From positions 1-39,031 of the forward strand of contig JAYGDX010000054.1 of NCBI GenBank assembly GCA_046582655.1: a DNA stretch of 39,031 nt, read 5' to 3'. The notes beneath the pieces are model-generated. The model ran no database searches. It saw only the letters and a program-made list of their open reading frames with translations, and had not been told where the DNA came from. Position numbers and translations under genes: made by a program. Positions within the stretch are counted from its first letter, which is position 1, and each line of letters starts with the position of its first letter. The stretch is from Candidatus Poribacteria bacterium (GTDB lineage Bacteria > Poribacteria > WGA-4E > UBA9662). Of the stretch, positions 9,740 to 19,097 are shown piece by piece.

Positions 9740-9879
9740 TTGTACTGCATCGAATTAATGGTCTTCATCATCGGGCAGATCAAGCACTAGATTGACACAT
9801 TAAGGAAGATGAAGATATGGATTAGATCTTTAATTCAAATTAACCTTGAAGCTATAAGTTTTATGTCATTGAGTATATA

Positions 9880-11247
9880 CTAAAAAACTACACCAAGTGC
9901 TTCATACAGGTCTTTAACACCGATAAGTTCAATTCCGTCTAACATCTTCATTCCTTTCCGGTTAAACTTGGGAAATATCGCACGGGAAAAACCCAGTTTT
10001 CGCGATTCCTGCAGTCGTTGTTCTATATGCGAAACAGGGCGTACCTCCCCTCCAAGGCCTACCTCACCTAAAACTACAGTTGCTGAGTCTATGGGGTTGT
10101 CACGATAACTTGATGCAATTGCTAAGGCAATGCCAAGATCAATTCCCCGCTCAGTCAAACGCATCCCTCCTGTCACATTAACAAAAACATCGGAATCACC
10201 GATGCTGAAGCCAACACGTTTTTGCAACACAGCAACAAGCAGAGCGATTCGATGCCGGTCCACGCCGGTTGTCGTGTTCCGCGGTATGCTTAAGTTTGAA
10301 GGAGAGACAAGCGCTTGAAGCTCAAGTAGTAGTGGGCGTGTACCTTCCACGCTTGATACTATTACAGATCCAGATGTGTTTTCTTGCCGGCTTTCGATAA
10401 AAAGTTCAGAAGGATTCTTGATTTCTCTGAGACCGCTGGCAACCATTTCAAAGACCCCGATTTCATTGGTTGACCCAAACCGATTCTTGACAGCGCGTAA
10501 CACACGATAAATCTGTTGTTGTTCTCCTTCAAAATAGAGTACGGTATCGACCATATGCTCAAGAATTTTTGGGCCTGCAATTGCTCCTTCTTTCGTAACA
10601 TGCCCCACCAAAATAATCGGGATATTTTTACTTTTGGCGAGTAAGAGCAAATGTCCAGTACACTCGCGCAGCTGAGACACACTCCCTGGAGCAGACTGGA
10701 TTCGCGTTAAGTATATAGTCTGAATTGAGTCAACCAACACCACCTGTGGGTTCAGGTCTGAAATGTGAGACTCTATTTGTTCATAATTGTTTTCGCACAA
10801 AACATACAATGAATCCGAGTTTATGTCAAGTCTATTTGCACGCAGCTTTGTTTGGGAAGCAGATTCCTCTCCGGACACATAAAGCACTGGTCCATAAGTT
10901 TGGCTAAGTTGGCTTCCCATTTGGAGCAGAAGAGTCGACTTCCCAATACCTGGATCTCCGCCGATGAGAACAACAGATCCAGGCACAAGTCCTCCACCCA
11001 ATACACGGTCAAACTCACTAATATCAGTCGTTAAACGGTCTTCATCACTTGCCGTTATCGTCGCAATCGGTTGCGGTTTATTAGAAGAAATCGCCATTCC
11101 TCTATGTGGTGAGTCTGAAGGATGGTTTTCCGGCGCAATCTCTTCGATGAGACTGTTAAATTTTTGGCAATCCGGACAGCGGCCATACCACTTTCGGGAT
11201 ACATATCCACACTCCTGACAAGCATACTGATGACGCTGTTTTACCAT
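9880..11247 (-). CDS. radA: DNA repair protein RadA/Sms
   Basis: C4 zinc finger CQECG..CPDC, Walker A GDPGIGKS, KNRFG motif, Lon-like C-terminus. Confidence 0.98.
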   Translation of the reverse strand: MVKQRHQYACQECGYVSRKWYGRCPDCQKFNSLIEEIAPENHPSDSPHRGMAISSNKPQPIATITASDEDRLTTDISEFDRVLGGGLVPGSVVLIGGDPGIGKSTLLLQMGSQLSQTYGPVLYVSGEESASQTKLRANRLDINSDSLYVLCENNYEQIESHISDLNPQVVLVDSIQTIYLTRIQSAPGSVSQLRECTGHLLLLAKSKNIPIILVGHVTKEGAIAGPKILEHMVDTVLYFEGEQQQIYRVLRAVKNRFGSTNEIGVFEMVASGLREIKNPSELFIESRQENTSGSVIVSSVEGTRPLLLELQALVSPSNLSIPRNTTTGVDRHRIALLVAVLQKRVGFSIGDSDVFVNVTGGMRLTERGIDLGIALAIASSYRDNPIDSATVVLGEVGLGGEVRPVSHIEQRLQESRKLGFSRAIFPKFNRKGMKMLDGIELIGVKDLYEALGVVF

Positions 11248-11252
11248 TTAAA

Positions 11253-12815
11253 TTACCACTTTCTGCCAGCCAGCCGAAATCCACCAGTATAACGGATTTC
11301 GGCGGTCAAGTTCTCAGCACCTATGATTAAATATGCATTGGGCAAAAAACGCCAAAAGATCTCACCATGCAGTTCCGGACTAGGACTTGTAATCCGCCCA
11401 ATTTCAAAAGATAATCCAAGTGATTTTTGGGACAGCATCAAATCGATCCCAATCCCTGGCTTTGAGTACATAAATCCCAAACGTCCCCTCAGGTATGATG
11501 TTAAATCGTACCCATACTGAAATTCGAGTTTGGTATCTTCCTTACGCGTCCCCAATCCTAAACGCAAACGACTTCTGGTGGTCGGCAGCCATAACCCAGC
11601 AACTTCATTGTGAACATATTGATTTGGATCAAGGTAACGAAGTTCATAATCCCACGTAATACGTGGTAGTTTAATTTTGTTACCTTGATGCGTTAGCTCC
11701 TGCGAAAGAGACTGTAACGATGTAAGTGTCTTATTGGCGTTTTGTAGGACTTCGCGTGCGTCACCCACGACATCGGGTTTGTTCACTAACTGTGCAATAC
11801 TACCGTCACCCTCCTGTATCTTTCGTGTAACCTGAATTAAATCGTTACTTAATTGATCAAGATTTTTAGTTGTTACTGTGATTCTTTCCAGAAGGAGATC
11901 AAGTTTTGGCGTTTCGGTTTCAATCACATCCCGACTTTTGGTGATTAATTCAGACAGTTGCTCCATTAAATCAGCAACATTCTGACTAATCTGATTACCC
12001 GCTTGATGAAAGTTGTTGGCTGCAGTGTGTAATTCCGACACAGTAGCTTGGATTGGTTCTGTGTTTTGATCTATCAGATGAGCGGCATCACTGATGACCT
12101 GCGCGGCATTTTCAGTAACATTTGAAATATCCTTACTAATTTGGTCAAGATGGTAATTCAATTTTGTAAATGTTTTTTGCGTTTCTTGACTGACATTGTT
12201 AACAAAACCATCCAAGTCGGCGATCGTTTGCTGGCTGATACTCTCAATCTGAACTAACATCCCATTCGTCTTTTTAATCAATTCCTGCAATTGAATGATG
12301 CTTTCGGAGACCGTTGTTTTATTTAATTCTACAATCTGATTTATGTTCTGCCCTATCTGTGTTAAGTCACTGGTAAGCCCCTCAGCCGTGCTCAGTATAC
12401 GGCCCAAACCGACGGGATTCATACCGGTCAGCGGCATATCCATCTCAGTTAAATATGGGTTTGACACATCACTATTTCTCAACAAAATATACGCTTCGCC
12501 AACAAAGCCTATGGTTCCAATTCTTACTTGCAGGTTTTTACGTAGTCGGCTGTACCCTTTTTCAACGCTAAATTTAATTTTCACTTTGCTAGCATCATTT
12601 AGCAGTTCAATACTCGTGACTTTACCAACGGAAACACCTGATATTTGGACATCTGCTCCAACACGCAGATCATTAATAAAATTAAAGTGAACCTCCAATA
12701 TATCACCACTAGCACTCCAAGGGGAATTGGAAGTATTTAACAGCAAAAAGGCAAATAAAATGAAGCTGATCAGTACAACAATACCAACCTTAAAATGCAA
12801 ATCCCACCAATTCAA
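11253..12815 (-). CDS. mlaD: Elongated MCE/MlaD-family protein with long helical region and C-terminal beta-rich domain
   Basis: TM anchor, MCE motif LRVGADVQISGVSVGKV, ~250 aa heptad-like helix, then amphipathic beta strands ending in W. TTG 12815 follows AAGGAG. Confidence 0.85.
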   Translation of the reverse strand: MNWWDLHFKVGIVVLISFILFAFLLLNTSNSPWSASGDILEVHFNFINDLRVGADVQISGVSVGKVTSIELLNDASKVKIKFSVEKGYSRLRKNLQVRIGTIGFVGEAYILLRNSDVSNPYLTEMDMPLTGMNPVGLGRILSTAEGLTSDLTQIGQNINQIVELNKTTVSESIIQLQELIKKTNGMLVQIESISQQTIADLDGFVNNVSQETQKTFTKLNYHLDQISKDISNVTENAAQVISDAAHLIDQNTEPIQATVSELHTAANNFHQAGNQISQNVADLMEQLSELITKSRDVIETETPKLDLLLERITVTTKNLDQLSNDLIQVTRKIQEGDGSIAQLVNKPDVVGDAREVLQNANKTLTSLQSLSQELTHQGNKIKLPRITWDYELRYLDPNQYVHNEVAGLWLPTTRSRLRLGLGTRKEDTKLEFQYGYDLTSYLRGRLGFMYSKPGIGIDLMLSQKSLGLSFEIGRITSPSPELHGEIFWRFLPNAYLIIGAENLTAEIRYTGGFRLAGRKW

Positions 12816-12831
12816 TATTGGACTCCTTACA

Positions 12832-13572
12832 TTATATTGATTGGTTTCTGGACTCCTGAGAAATAAATTCCTGCACATTAGGATCTGTGCTACTCACAAT
12901 TTCATCAGGTGTTCCATCAATGATAGTTCTGCCTTGATGAATCATTGCTATACGCGTAGCAACAGAAAAAGCACTATCAATATCGTGAGTAACAACAACC
13001 GAAGTTGCCTCTAGAGTCTCATGTAAATTATTTATGAGATTGTTAATCTCAACGCAAGTAATCGGGTCTAGCCCCATAGTCGGTTCGTCATAAAGAATCA
13101 AATCCGGATCAGAGGCAATTGCCCGTGCGAGACCCACCCGTTTTCGCATCCCACCGCTTAATTCGGCAGGTTTGAGTGATTCTGTTCCACCCAAGTCGAC
13201 CAGACTCAGCTTTTCAGCGACAATCCTTTCGATTTCCAGTCTTGACATTCTGGTATGTTGTGAAAGCATGAAACCAACATTTTCAGAAACTGTCATAAAA
13301 TCAAAGAGGGCAGCAGACTGGAACAAAAAACCGATTTTATTACGAATCCTGTTCATATCTTTCCGGTTTAGATTGTTGAGTCCCTGACCATTATGAAAAA
13401 TTTCGCCGCGATCCGGGCTCACTAATCCAGCAATCATCTTGAGCAGAAGACTTTTGCCACACCCGCTACGTCCCATAACCACCAGAGTTTCGCCGATAGG
13501 GATCTGCAGGCTTAAACCTCGAAGAACTTCTTTTTGATCGAAACTTTTCCAGATGTCCTCGATAAGAATCAT
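12832..13572 (-). CDS. mlaF: Mla/MCE ABC transporter ATPase
   Basis: GRSGCGKS, LFQSAALFD, ELSGGMRKRVGLARA, YDEPTMGLDP. Confidence 0.93.
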   Translation of the reverse strand: MILIEDIWKSFDQKEVLRGLSLQIPIGETLVVMGRSGCGKSLLLKMIAGLVSPDRGEIFHNGQGLNNLNRKDMNRIRNKIGFLFQSAALFDFMTVSENVGFMLSQHTRMSRLEIERIVAEKLSLVDLGGTESLKPAELSGGMRKRVGLARAIASDPDLILYDEPTMGLDPITCVEINNLINNLHETLEATSVVVTHDIDSAFSVATRIAMIHQGRTIIDGTPDEIVSSTDPNVQEFISQESRNQSI

Positions 13573-14405
13573 TGCATCCCCAAAATTGTGTATAGTAGAT
13601 GATTGAGGAAAAAGTCAATGATTAAAATAGTTAAAATCGAACTGACTGCTGATCCTGTTGTCACCTTCCCTACTCCTTCTGCACCGTCTTTCGGCGATAC
13701 AGAAAAGCCCTTATAACACCCAATCGTCGCAATGGCCATCCCAAACGCAGTCGCTTTAATCAGACTGACAAACACACTACTCATGAACATGTAATCTGAT
13801 GCTTGCTTGAGAAAGAAACGGCCATTCATGTTAAAAAGCCCAACTACAGCCAAACATCCACCAGTAATTCCGCAAACAGTGGCAAAATTCGTCAGAACCG
13901 GTAACATGACAGTACAGGCGATAAACCTTGGAACAACCAGATACTTAATCGGATCAGTTGCCATTACTTCAAGAGCATCAATCTGCTCAGTTACCTTCAT
14001 AGTGGCTAATTCGGCTGTTATTGACGCACCGATCCGACCGGCTAGAACAACCGCTGTAATGATAGGACCGAGTTCCTGAACTGCAGAAACGCTGACAAAT
14101 CCACCAACAGTACCTTCAGCAGAGAGTTGCTTAAGCTGATGATAACCTTGAGTGGCAAGTACCATACCGGTAAAAAGGCCTGAAATTAAGACAATCGGCA
14201 ATGAATTAACACCGATTAACAGCAATTGGCGAACGATAAGATTAAGCTGTAATGGACGACGAAACGAGAGGATTATGGTAGAGGAAATAAGAATCGATAC
14301 GGATCCAATTGAGTTAATCAAATTGGTGACCTGAGCACCGATTTGATTAATATATGGTATCGTCAACGCTGAATTAGCCTGAGTTATTGTCGGCTTTTTC
14401 ATCAT
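13569..14405 (-). CDS. mlaE: Mla/MCE ABC transporter permease
   Basis: ELGPIITAVVLAGRIGASITAELATMKVTEQIDALEVM, GAEGVG. Confidence 0.95.
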   Translation of the reverse strand: MMKKPTITQANSALTIPYINQIGAQVTNLINSIGSVSILISSTIILSFRRPLQLNLIVRQLLLIGVNSLPIVLISGLFTGMVLATQGYHQLKQLSAEGTVGGFVSVSAVQELGPIITAVVLAGRIGASITAELATMKVTEQIDALEVMATDPIKYLVVPRFIACTVMLPVLTNFATVCGITGGCLAVVGLFNMNGRFFLKQASDYMFMSSVFVSLIKATAFGMAIATIGCYKGFSVSPKDGAEGVGKVTTGSAVSSILTILIIDFFLNHLLYTILGMQ

Positions 14406-15742
14406 TATCTACTTCTAAAACTATCTGAAAAGCGCATTTGCTCCTTATGAAATTCAAGTTCAACGACACCAGTCGGACCATTTCGGTGCTTTTTGATAAT
14501 TAACTCAGCGATTCCTTCGTCTTCACTGAAATCGTTGTAATAATCATCTCGATACAGAAAGGCAACTAAATCTGCGTCTTGCTCAATGGACCCAGACTCT
14601 CTCAAGTCTGACAACAACGGACGTTTATCGGGACGACGTTCAACCTCGCGGCTCAATTGAGAACAAGCAATGACTGTGAGCTCCAATTCACCCGCCAGTT
14701 GCTTTAAATGCCGAGAGATTTCAGCAACCTCCTGTTCACGGCCAACATAACGATCTGATCCAGAAACCAACTGGATATAATCAACAATGACCACCGCCAA
14801 GTCGTTATGCAACCCCTTCAAACGCCGGAGCTCCGATCGAATAGCCTGCATTTTTAATCCGCGTTCATCATTGATAAAAATTGGTGCATCTAGGAAACGC
14901 TCAGAGGCTTCAGCAAGAAACGTCCAATGTTCGTCATTGACATTTCCTGTACGAAGTCGACCAAAGTCCACGCGGGCTTCCGCAGCAAGCATCCGTAATC
15001 CGAGTTGGCTACGCGGCATCTCAAGACTAAAGATGGCCACCGGAAGGTTCTTATTGGCAATCGCAATATTCTGAGCGATATTGAGGACTAAAGTTGTCTT
15101 ACCCATCCCTGGTCGAGCAGCAAAGATTAAGCAATCCCCACGATGTAAACCAGCTGTTAGATGATCAAAATCCTGAAACCCAGTAGCAATACCCGATACG
15201 CCGCCAACACTATCAGAATCCGCTATTTCATCGAGGGAAGTTTTTATGATTGATGAAATGCTTGAAAAGCCGCGTTTTTGATTAGATAAACTGAGATCAA
15301 AGACCATTTCTTGCGCATCGTTAATCTGTTCGGTCAATTCAGTATGCTGATCTTGTGCTAGTTCGCGAAGTTGCTGACTGGCTTGAACCATTCGGCGACG
15401 AAGATATTTCTCGTGTATGATTTCAGCATAATATCTTGTGTTTTCTGTTTCAACGATTTCTGCTTGCAAATCGTAAAGGTAAACAGCACCTCCAGCTCGA
15501 TTAATATCGTTGCTATTTTGCAGCTCATTTGCAACAAGGAGTGAATCAGTAGCGTTATTTCGTTCGTAACAGGAGAGTATAGCGTTGTAAATAAGTTGAT
15601 GATCGGTAGTGAAGAAAACCTCAGGAGATGTTCCCAAAAGATCGACCACATCAGGGATAACGGCGGGATCCGTCATCATCGCACCAAGTATGGCTCGTTC
15701 TGCTTGGCGATCATGGAGTGTATCGGCGGGCTCAGAGCGCAC
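14405..15742 (-). CDS. dnaB: Replicative DNA helicase
   Basis: AARPGMGKT, FSLEM, VDYIQL, SQLSR, SDLRESGSIEQDAD, KHRNGPTG. Confidence 0.97.
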   Translation of the reverse strand: MRSEPADTLHDRQAERAILGAMMTDPAVIPDVVDLLGTSPEVFFTTDHQLIYNAILSCYERNNATDSLLVANELQNSNDINRAGGAVYLYDLQAEIVETENTRYYAEIIHEKYLRRRMVQASQQLRELAQDQHTELTEQINDAQEMVFDLSLSNQKRGFSSISSIIKTSLDEIADSDSVGGVSGIATGFQDFDHLTAGLHRGDCLIFAARPGMGKTTLVLNIAQNIAIANKNLPVAIFSLEMPRSQLGLRMLAAEARVDFGRLRTGNVNDEHWTFLAEASERFLDAPIFINDERGLKMQAIRSELRRLKGLHNDLAVVIVDYIQLVSGSDRYVGREQEVAEISRHLKQLAGELELTVIACSQLSREVERRPDKRPLLSDLRESGSIEQDADLVAFLYRDDYYNDFSEDEGIAELIIKKHRNGPTGVVELEFHKEQMRFSDSFRSR

Positions 15743-15826
15743 AACTCGATCCTCTGGGATCTAAAGGGATGATAAACCTTGAATTCCCACTACACTTTAG
15801 CAGATATTAATGGATGTTATTTGTCC

Positions 15827-16273
15827 TTATTCTCGGACAACAACAACTTTTAGGTCTGATGTAACATCAGGGTGGAGTTGGATGGGAACGGTGAAAATAC
15901 CAAGATCTTTTATTGGTTCTTGCAATTGAACGTCACGGCGATCTATCTTAACTGACAATTCTATCACCAGTGCGGCGATAATATCGGCCGAGGTGACGGA
16001 ACCAAACAAGCGATCATTCTCACCAGCACGTCGTTTGAGAGTGCAGGTAACTTCTGCAAATCGTCTAGCAAGCTCTTCAGCAGCATCCCGCGTCTTATCA
16101 GCCAAACTGGCTAAAACTTTCTTTTCATGCTCCAACATTCGGCGGTTTCGCTCAGTTGAGCGAACAGCGATTTGCGTTGGAACCAAGTAATTACGTGCAT
16201 AGCCGTCAGCAACATTCACGATGTCACCTTCTGTTCCAAGTTTGCTAAACGTCTTTTTCAGGATAACTTCCAT
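15827..16273 (-). CDS. rplI: 50S ribosomal protein bL9
   Basis: MEVIL..LG..GDIVNVADGYARNYL, RLFGSVT. Confidence 0.97.
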   Translation of the reverse strand: MEVILKKTFSKLGTEGDIVNVADGYARNYLVPTQIAVRSTERNRRMLEHEKKVLASLADKTRDAAEELARRFAEVTCTLKRRAGENDRLFGSVTSADIIAALVIELSVKIDRRDVQLQEPIKDLGIFTVPIQLHPDVTSDLKVVVVRE

Positions 16274-16292
16274 TGAAAAACCTCATTCCTTA

Positions 16293-16490
16293 CTATCTTG
16301 TAAAAGGCAGTAATGCAATACTTCTTGCACGCTTAATTGCTTTTGTTACTTGACGTTGTTGTTTGGTATTAAGGCGTGTCAATCGCCGAGGCAAAATTTT
16401 AGCCCGATCATCGATGAAACCTCTCAGCAATTCTACATCTTTATAATCAATATTGGCGAGTGTGACTTTGCGTCTTCTTCTAAACCTCAT
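16293..16490 (-). CDS. rpsR: 30S ribosomal protein bS18 (no cysteines)
   Basis: [30 protein letters not shown]. Confidence 0.96.
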   Translation of the reverse strand: MRFRRRRKVTLANIDYKDVELLRGFIDDRAKILPRRLTRLNTKQQRQVTKAIKRARSIALLPFTR

Positions 16491-16597
16491 TAGCTAAAAA
16501 TTCTCCCTTCTCAGGCTGGAACAAAAAACAGATGATACTTTTACTGGGTCATTATGTCTATAATCTATACTATAAGTATTATCTGAAATCCATGTAC

Positions 16598-17047
16598 CTA
16601 AAATGGTATATCATCATCAGTACTATCATCATCAGTACTATCACCTGGTTGACTTGAAGATGACTGTCCGCTTCCCGATTGAGCGGGACCAAAATCAGAA
16701 GCATCTTCATCTTGGCGCCCTCCAACGAATGAGAACCGATCAACTTTGACACGATGTTTGGACCGTTTTTGACCATCCTCAGTTTCCCATTGATCAAATT
16801 TAAGTCTACCTTCCACCAGTATAGGTTTTCCTCTACTAAAATATTCACTGATTACTTCAGCCTGACGCCCTAACGCTTCTAGGTCAACAAAGCAAACTTC
16901 TTCTCGTTTCTCACCGGTTTGCTTATCTGTCCACGACTCGCTAGTCGCCAAGGCAAAATTAACAACAGGCGTACCACTCTGCAGAAATTTCAGCTCAGGA
17001 TCGCGTGTCAAATTCCCCATCAGAATTACCTTATTGTAGCTTGCCAT
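16598..17047 (-). CDS. ssb: Single-stranded DNA-binding protein
   Basis: NKVILMGNLTRDPEL, acidic DDDIPF tail. Confidence 0.98.
   Translation of the reverse strand: MASYNKVILMGNLTRDPELKFLQSGTPVVNFALATSESWTDKQTGEKREEVCFVDLEALGRQAEVISEYFSRGKPILVEGRLKFDQWETEDGQKRSKHRVKVDRFSFVGGRQDEDASDFGPAQSGSGQSSSSQPGDSTDDDSTDDDIPF
16609..16643. repeat. 15-bp in-frame tandem repeat in the ssb tail (DSTDD x2)
   Basis: TATCATCATCAGTAC at 16609-16623 and 16624-16638, plus a partial third copy. Confidence 0.92.
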
Positions 17048-17092
17048 AATCGACCTCCTATCAAATTTAAAATTCCACGCGTTCTTAAATAA

Positions 17093-17542
17093 CTACTCTT
17101 CACTACTTTCTTCGTCATTTTCGTCTTCAGAAATGACATCGGGTAAGGGCTTGGGCTCTTTCCTAGAATCCTGAGTATCTGATCTAGTGACCTGAGTATC
17201 TGATCTAGTGATCCGACTGGCCACTTCTTGCTGCTTTACGATTATGCTATCCAGATCGCCTTCAAATGTTACAACAAGGTGCCTGATAATCGGTTCAGTA
17301 ATTCGAAAATGATTATTGATTCGACTTAGTAATTCCGAGTCACCATTGAACACCATCAAAACGTAATAGCCGTCACCGTGCCCTTGAACAGGGTAAGCCA
17401 ATCTTTTCTTTCCCCATAAATCAATGAACAAAACTTTCCCGCCGTTGGTTTCAATCAGCTCTTTTACTATTTCTGAGGCTTCTGTCATCTCACTTTCATC
17501 GAAACTCGGAGTAACGATAAAAAGCGCTTCATACTGACGCAA
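17093..17542 (-). CDS. rpsF: 30S ribosomal protein bS6 with extended acidic tail
   Basis: RQYEALFI, WGKKRLAYPV, GYY. TTG 17542 follows GGGAGG. Confidence 0.96.
   Translation of the reverse strand: MRQYEALFIVTPSFDESEMTEASEIVKELIETNGGKVLFIDLWGKKRLAYPVQGHGDGYYVLMVFNGDSELLSRINNHFRITEPIIRHLVVTFEGDLDSIIVKQQEVASRITRSDTQVTRSDTQDSRKEPKPLPDVISEDENDEESSEE
17170..17211. repeat. Perfect 21-bp in-frame tandem duplication in the rpsF tail (TRSDTQ x2)
   Basis: CCTGAGTATCTGATCTAGTGA at 17170-17190 and 17191-17211. Confidence 0.97.
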
Positions 17543-17550
17543 ATTTGATT

Positions 17551-17597
17551 CCTCCCTTTGGACTAGTGACTTCACTCTTTAGTGAAGCAGAGGGAAA
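17551..17597 (-). ncRNA. Candidate bS6:bS18 autoregulatory leader RNA
   Basis: Minus strand UUUCCCUCUG-CUUCACU-AAAG-AGUGAAG-UCACUAGUC-CAAAGGGAGG. An inner 7-bp hairpin, a 3' bulge, and an outer stem that pairs with the rpsF Shine-Dalgarno. Confidence 0.7.
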
Positions 17598-17599
17598 TT

Positions 17600-17629
17600 A
17601 TTATACCATAGACATTTACTTATTATCAA
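17600..17629 (-). promoter_or_regulatory. sigma70 promoter of the rpsF operon
   Basis: TTGATA (17629-17624), 18-nt spacer, TATAAT (17605-17600), with the extended -10 TG. Confidence 0.75.
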
Positions 17630-17664
17630 CTGTATAAAGAATTCAATAGTTTAACTTTATGCCT

Positions 17665-18900
17665 CTATTCCCCAATTACAACACCATATTCCCCGACGAC
17701 CGCACCCGTATGACCAGACTGATAATGCATGTGCCGTTCCGCTATCACCGGTTGAGTGCTAATCACTTCTACTGTGCCAACGATATTTTTTAGAGTATTA
17801 TCGTCAAAATCCCAGCAGTGAAGGGGTTTCACCCTTCCTTTTCTTTGATTGGTGACCTTACCTTTCCGGTCTCGTACCACTAAACTAATCAGAGCATCTG
17901 CCTCACTGATGTTAAGGATTCGGAACCAATCGTAGGCACCAGAATAGATCTCTGGAAAGAACAATCGACGCCCAACAAACCCTCCTTCAACCGATGCCCC
18001 CGGTAAGTCAATAACCTCTGTACCGCGATGCATATGCCGTTCCGCTGCAATCGGTTGATCACTTTTAATTTCGACTGACGATTTTATTTTGACCTCGTCC
18101 ATGGGAGGTGTCCAACACTGGAACGAGTTAAGGGTTGATTCTTTTGACCAGACTGGCTGACCGTTATTATCCTGACGCGCGATCATCGACACTTTGGCTT
18201 CCTGATGACTAAGATTCACTACGACTACCCAATCATGCCAGACGGGACCAACTTCCGGGAGAAAGAGTGTCTTAGCCCCATCCGTGATTACTTGGCCAAA
18301 TTGACCAATCGTGGTTTTGCCACCTTGATAATGCATATGTCGCTCACCAACAATGGCTTGGGTGCTCATTACCTCGAGTGTGCCGCTGGCTTGCGGCATC
18401 AAACCTTCATCGACGCTCCACGTAGTCTGAGGCTTAATAGTATGTTGATGTTGCCAGATAACCTTGCCTGATCGATCCCTAACAATCATGCTGAGAACCG
18501 CGTCTGCCTCACTGACGTTGAGAAAACGGAACCAGTCACGCGCCCCTGAAGAGATTTCCGGAAAAAAGAGACGCGTACCAACTGTCTCATATTCCTCTGC
18601 CGCGCCAATTAGATCAATCACGTTTGATTTATTGTGCATGTGCCGTTCAGCCACAATTGGTTGATCGGCGCTAAATTGCATCGAAGAATTAACTTTGATC
18701 GATTCAACATTTGGCACCCATGCTTCAAAAGAAGCAATCGTTTTCTCTTCTGACCATACCGGTTGGCCACTGTTGGCATGGCGGGCAATAGCCAAGACTT
18801 TAGTTGGCTTAGAACCAACATTAATGACTTGAACCCAATCTTCCCACTGTGGTCCAACTTCCGGAAAATAAAGTGTTTTCGCTCCTGCTGCTGTTGCCAT
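17665..18900 (-). CDS. Uncharacterised protein of four ~100-aa repeats (A-B-A-B), each ending in ERHMH
   Basis: Each repeat reads LxFPE..DW...N...R..G...W...S(D/T)QxxxxERHMH. AAGGA RBS. No signal peptide or TM. Confidence 0.85.
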   Translation of the reverse strand: MATAAGAKTLYFPEVGPQWEDWVQVINVGSKPTKVLAIARHANSGQPVWSEEKTIASFEAWVPNVESIKVNSSMQFSADQPIVAERHMHNKSNVIDLIGAAEEYETVGTRLFFPEISSGARDWFRFLNVSEADAVLSMIVRDRSGKVIWQHQHTIKPQTTWSVDEGLMPQASGTLEVMSTQAIVGERHMHYQGGKTTIGQFGQVITDGAKTLFLPEVGPVWHDWVVVVNLSHQEAKVSMIARQDNNGQPVWSKESTLNSFQCWTPPMDEVKIKSSVEIKSDQPIAAERHMHRGTEVIDLPGASVEGGFVGRRLFFPEIYSGAYDWFRILNISEADALISLVVRDRKGKVTNQRKGRVKPLHCWDFDDNTLKNIVGTVEVISTQPVIAERHMHYQSGHTGAVVGEYGVVIGE

Positions 18901-19097
18901 ACTAGTCCTTAGATCTTATTCTCTCTCCAATAACAATTTATCAATAACTTGGTACTAATCATCTCAGCCATCCTAATTGACCATTAAATCCCAGTAGTAA
19001 AAATGCTTCACTATTCCCTAACACCAGCTTACTAATTTATGTCCGTGAAACAAAACATTTCCACTCCCATTACCATCGAATTATCAACTGCTGAAAA

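Noticed and set aside
14405..15790. Intein in, or truncation of, DnaB (an in-frame TAG lies just upstream of the GTG)
   Set aside because: Length and motifs are those of a normal DnaB, and the GTG at 15742 has its own AGAGGA RBS.
16579..16848. 89-aa same-strand ORF over ssb, and the many 60-127-aa antisense or alternate-frame ORFs in the track
   Set aside because: They lie within or across well-supported genes or promoters and have no recognisable motifs.
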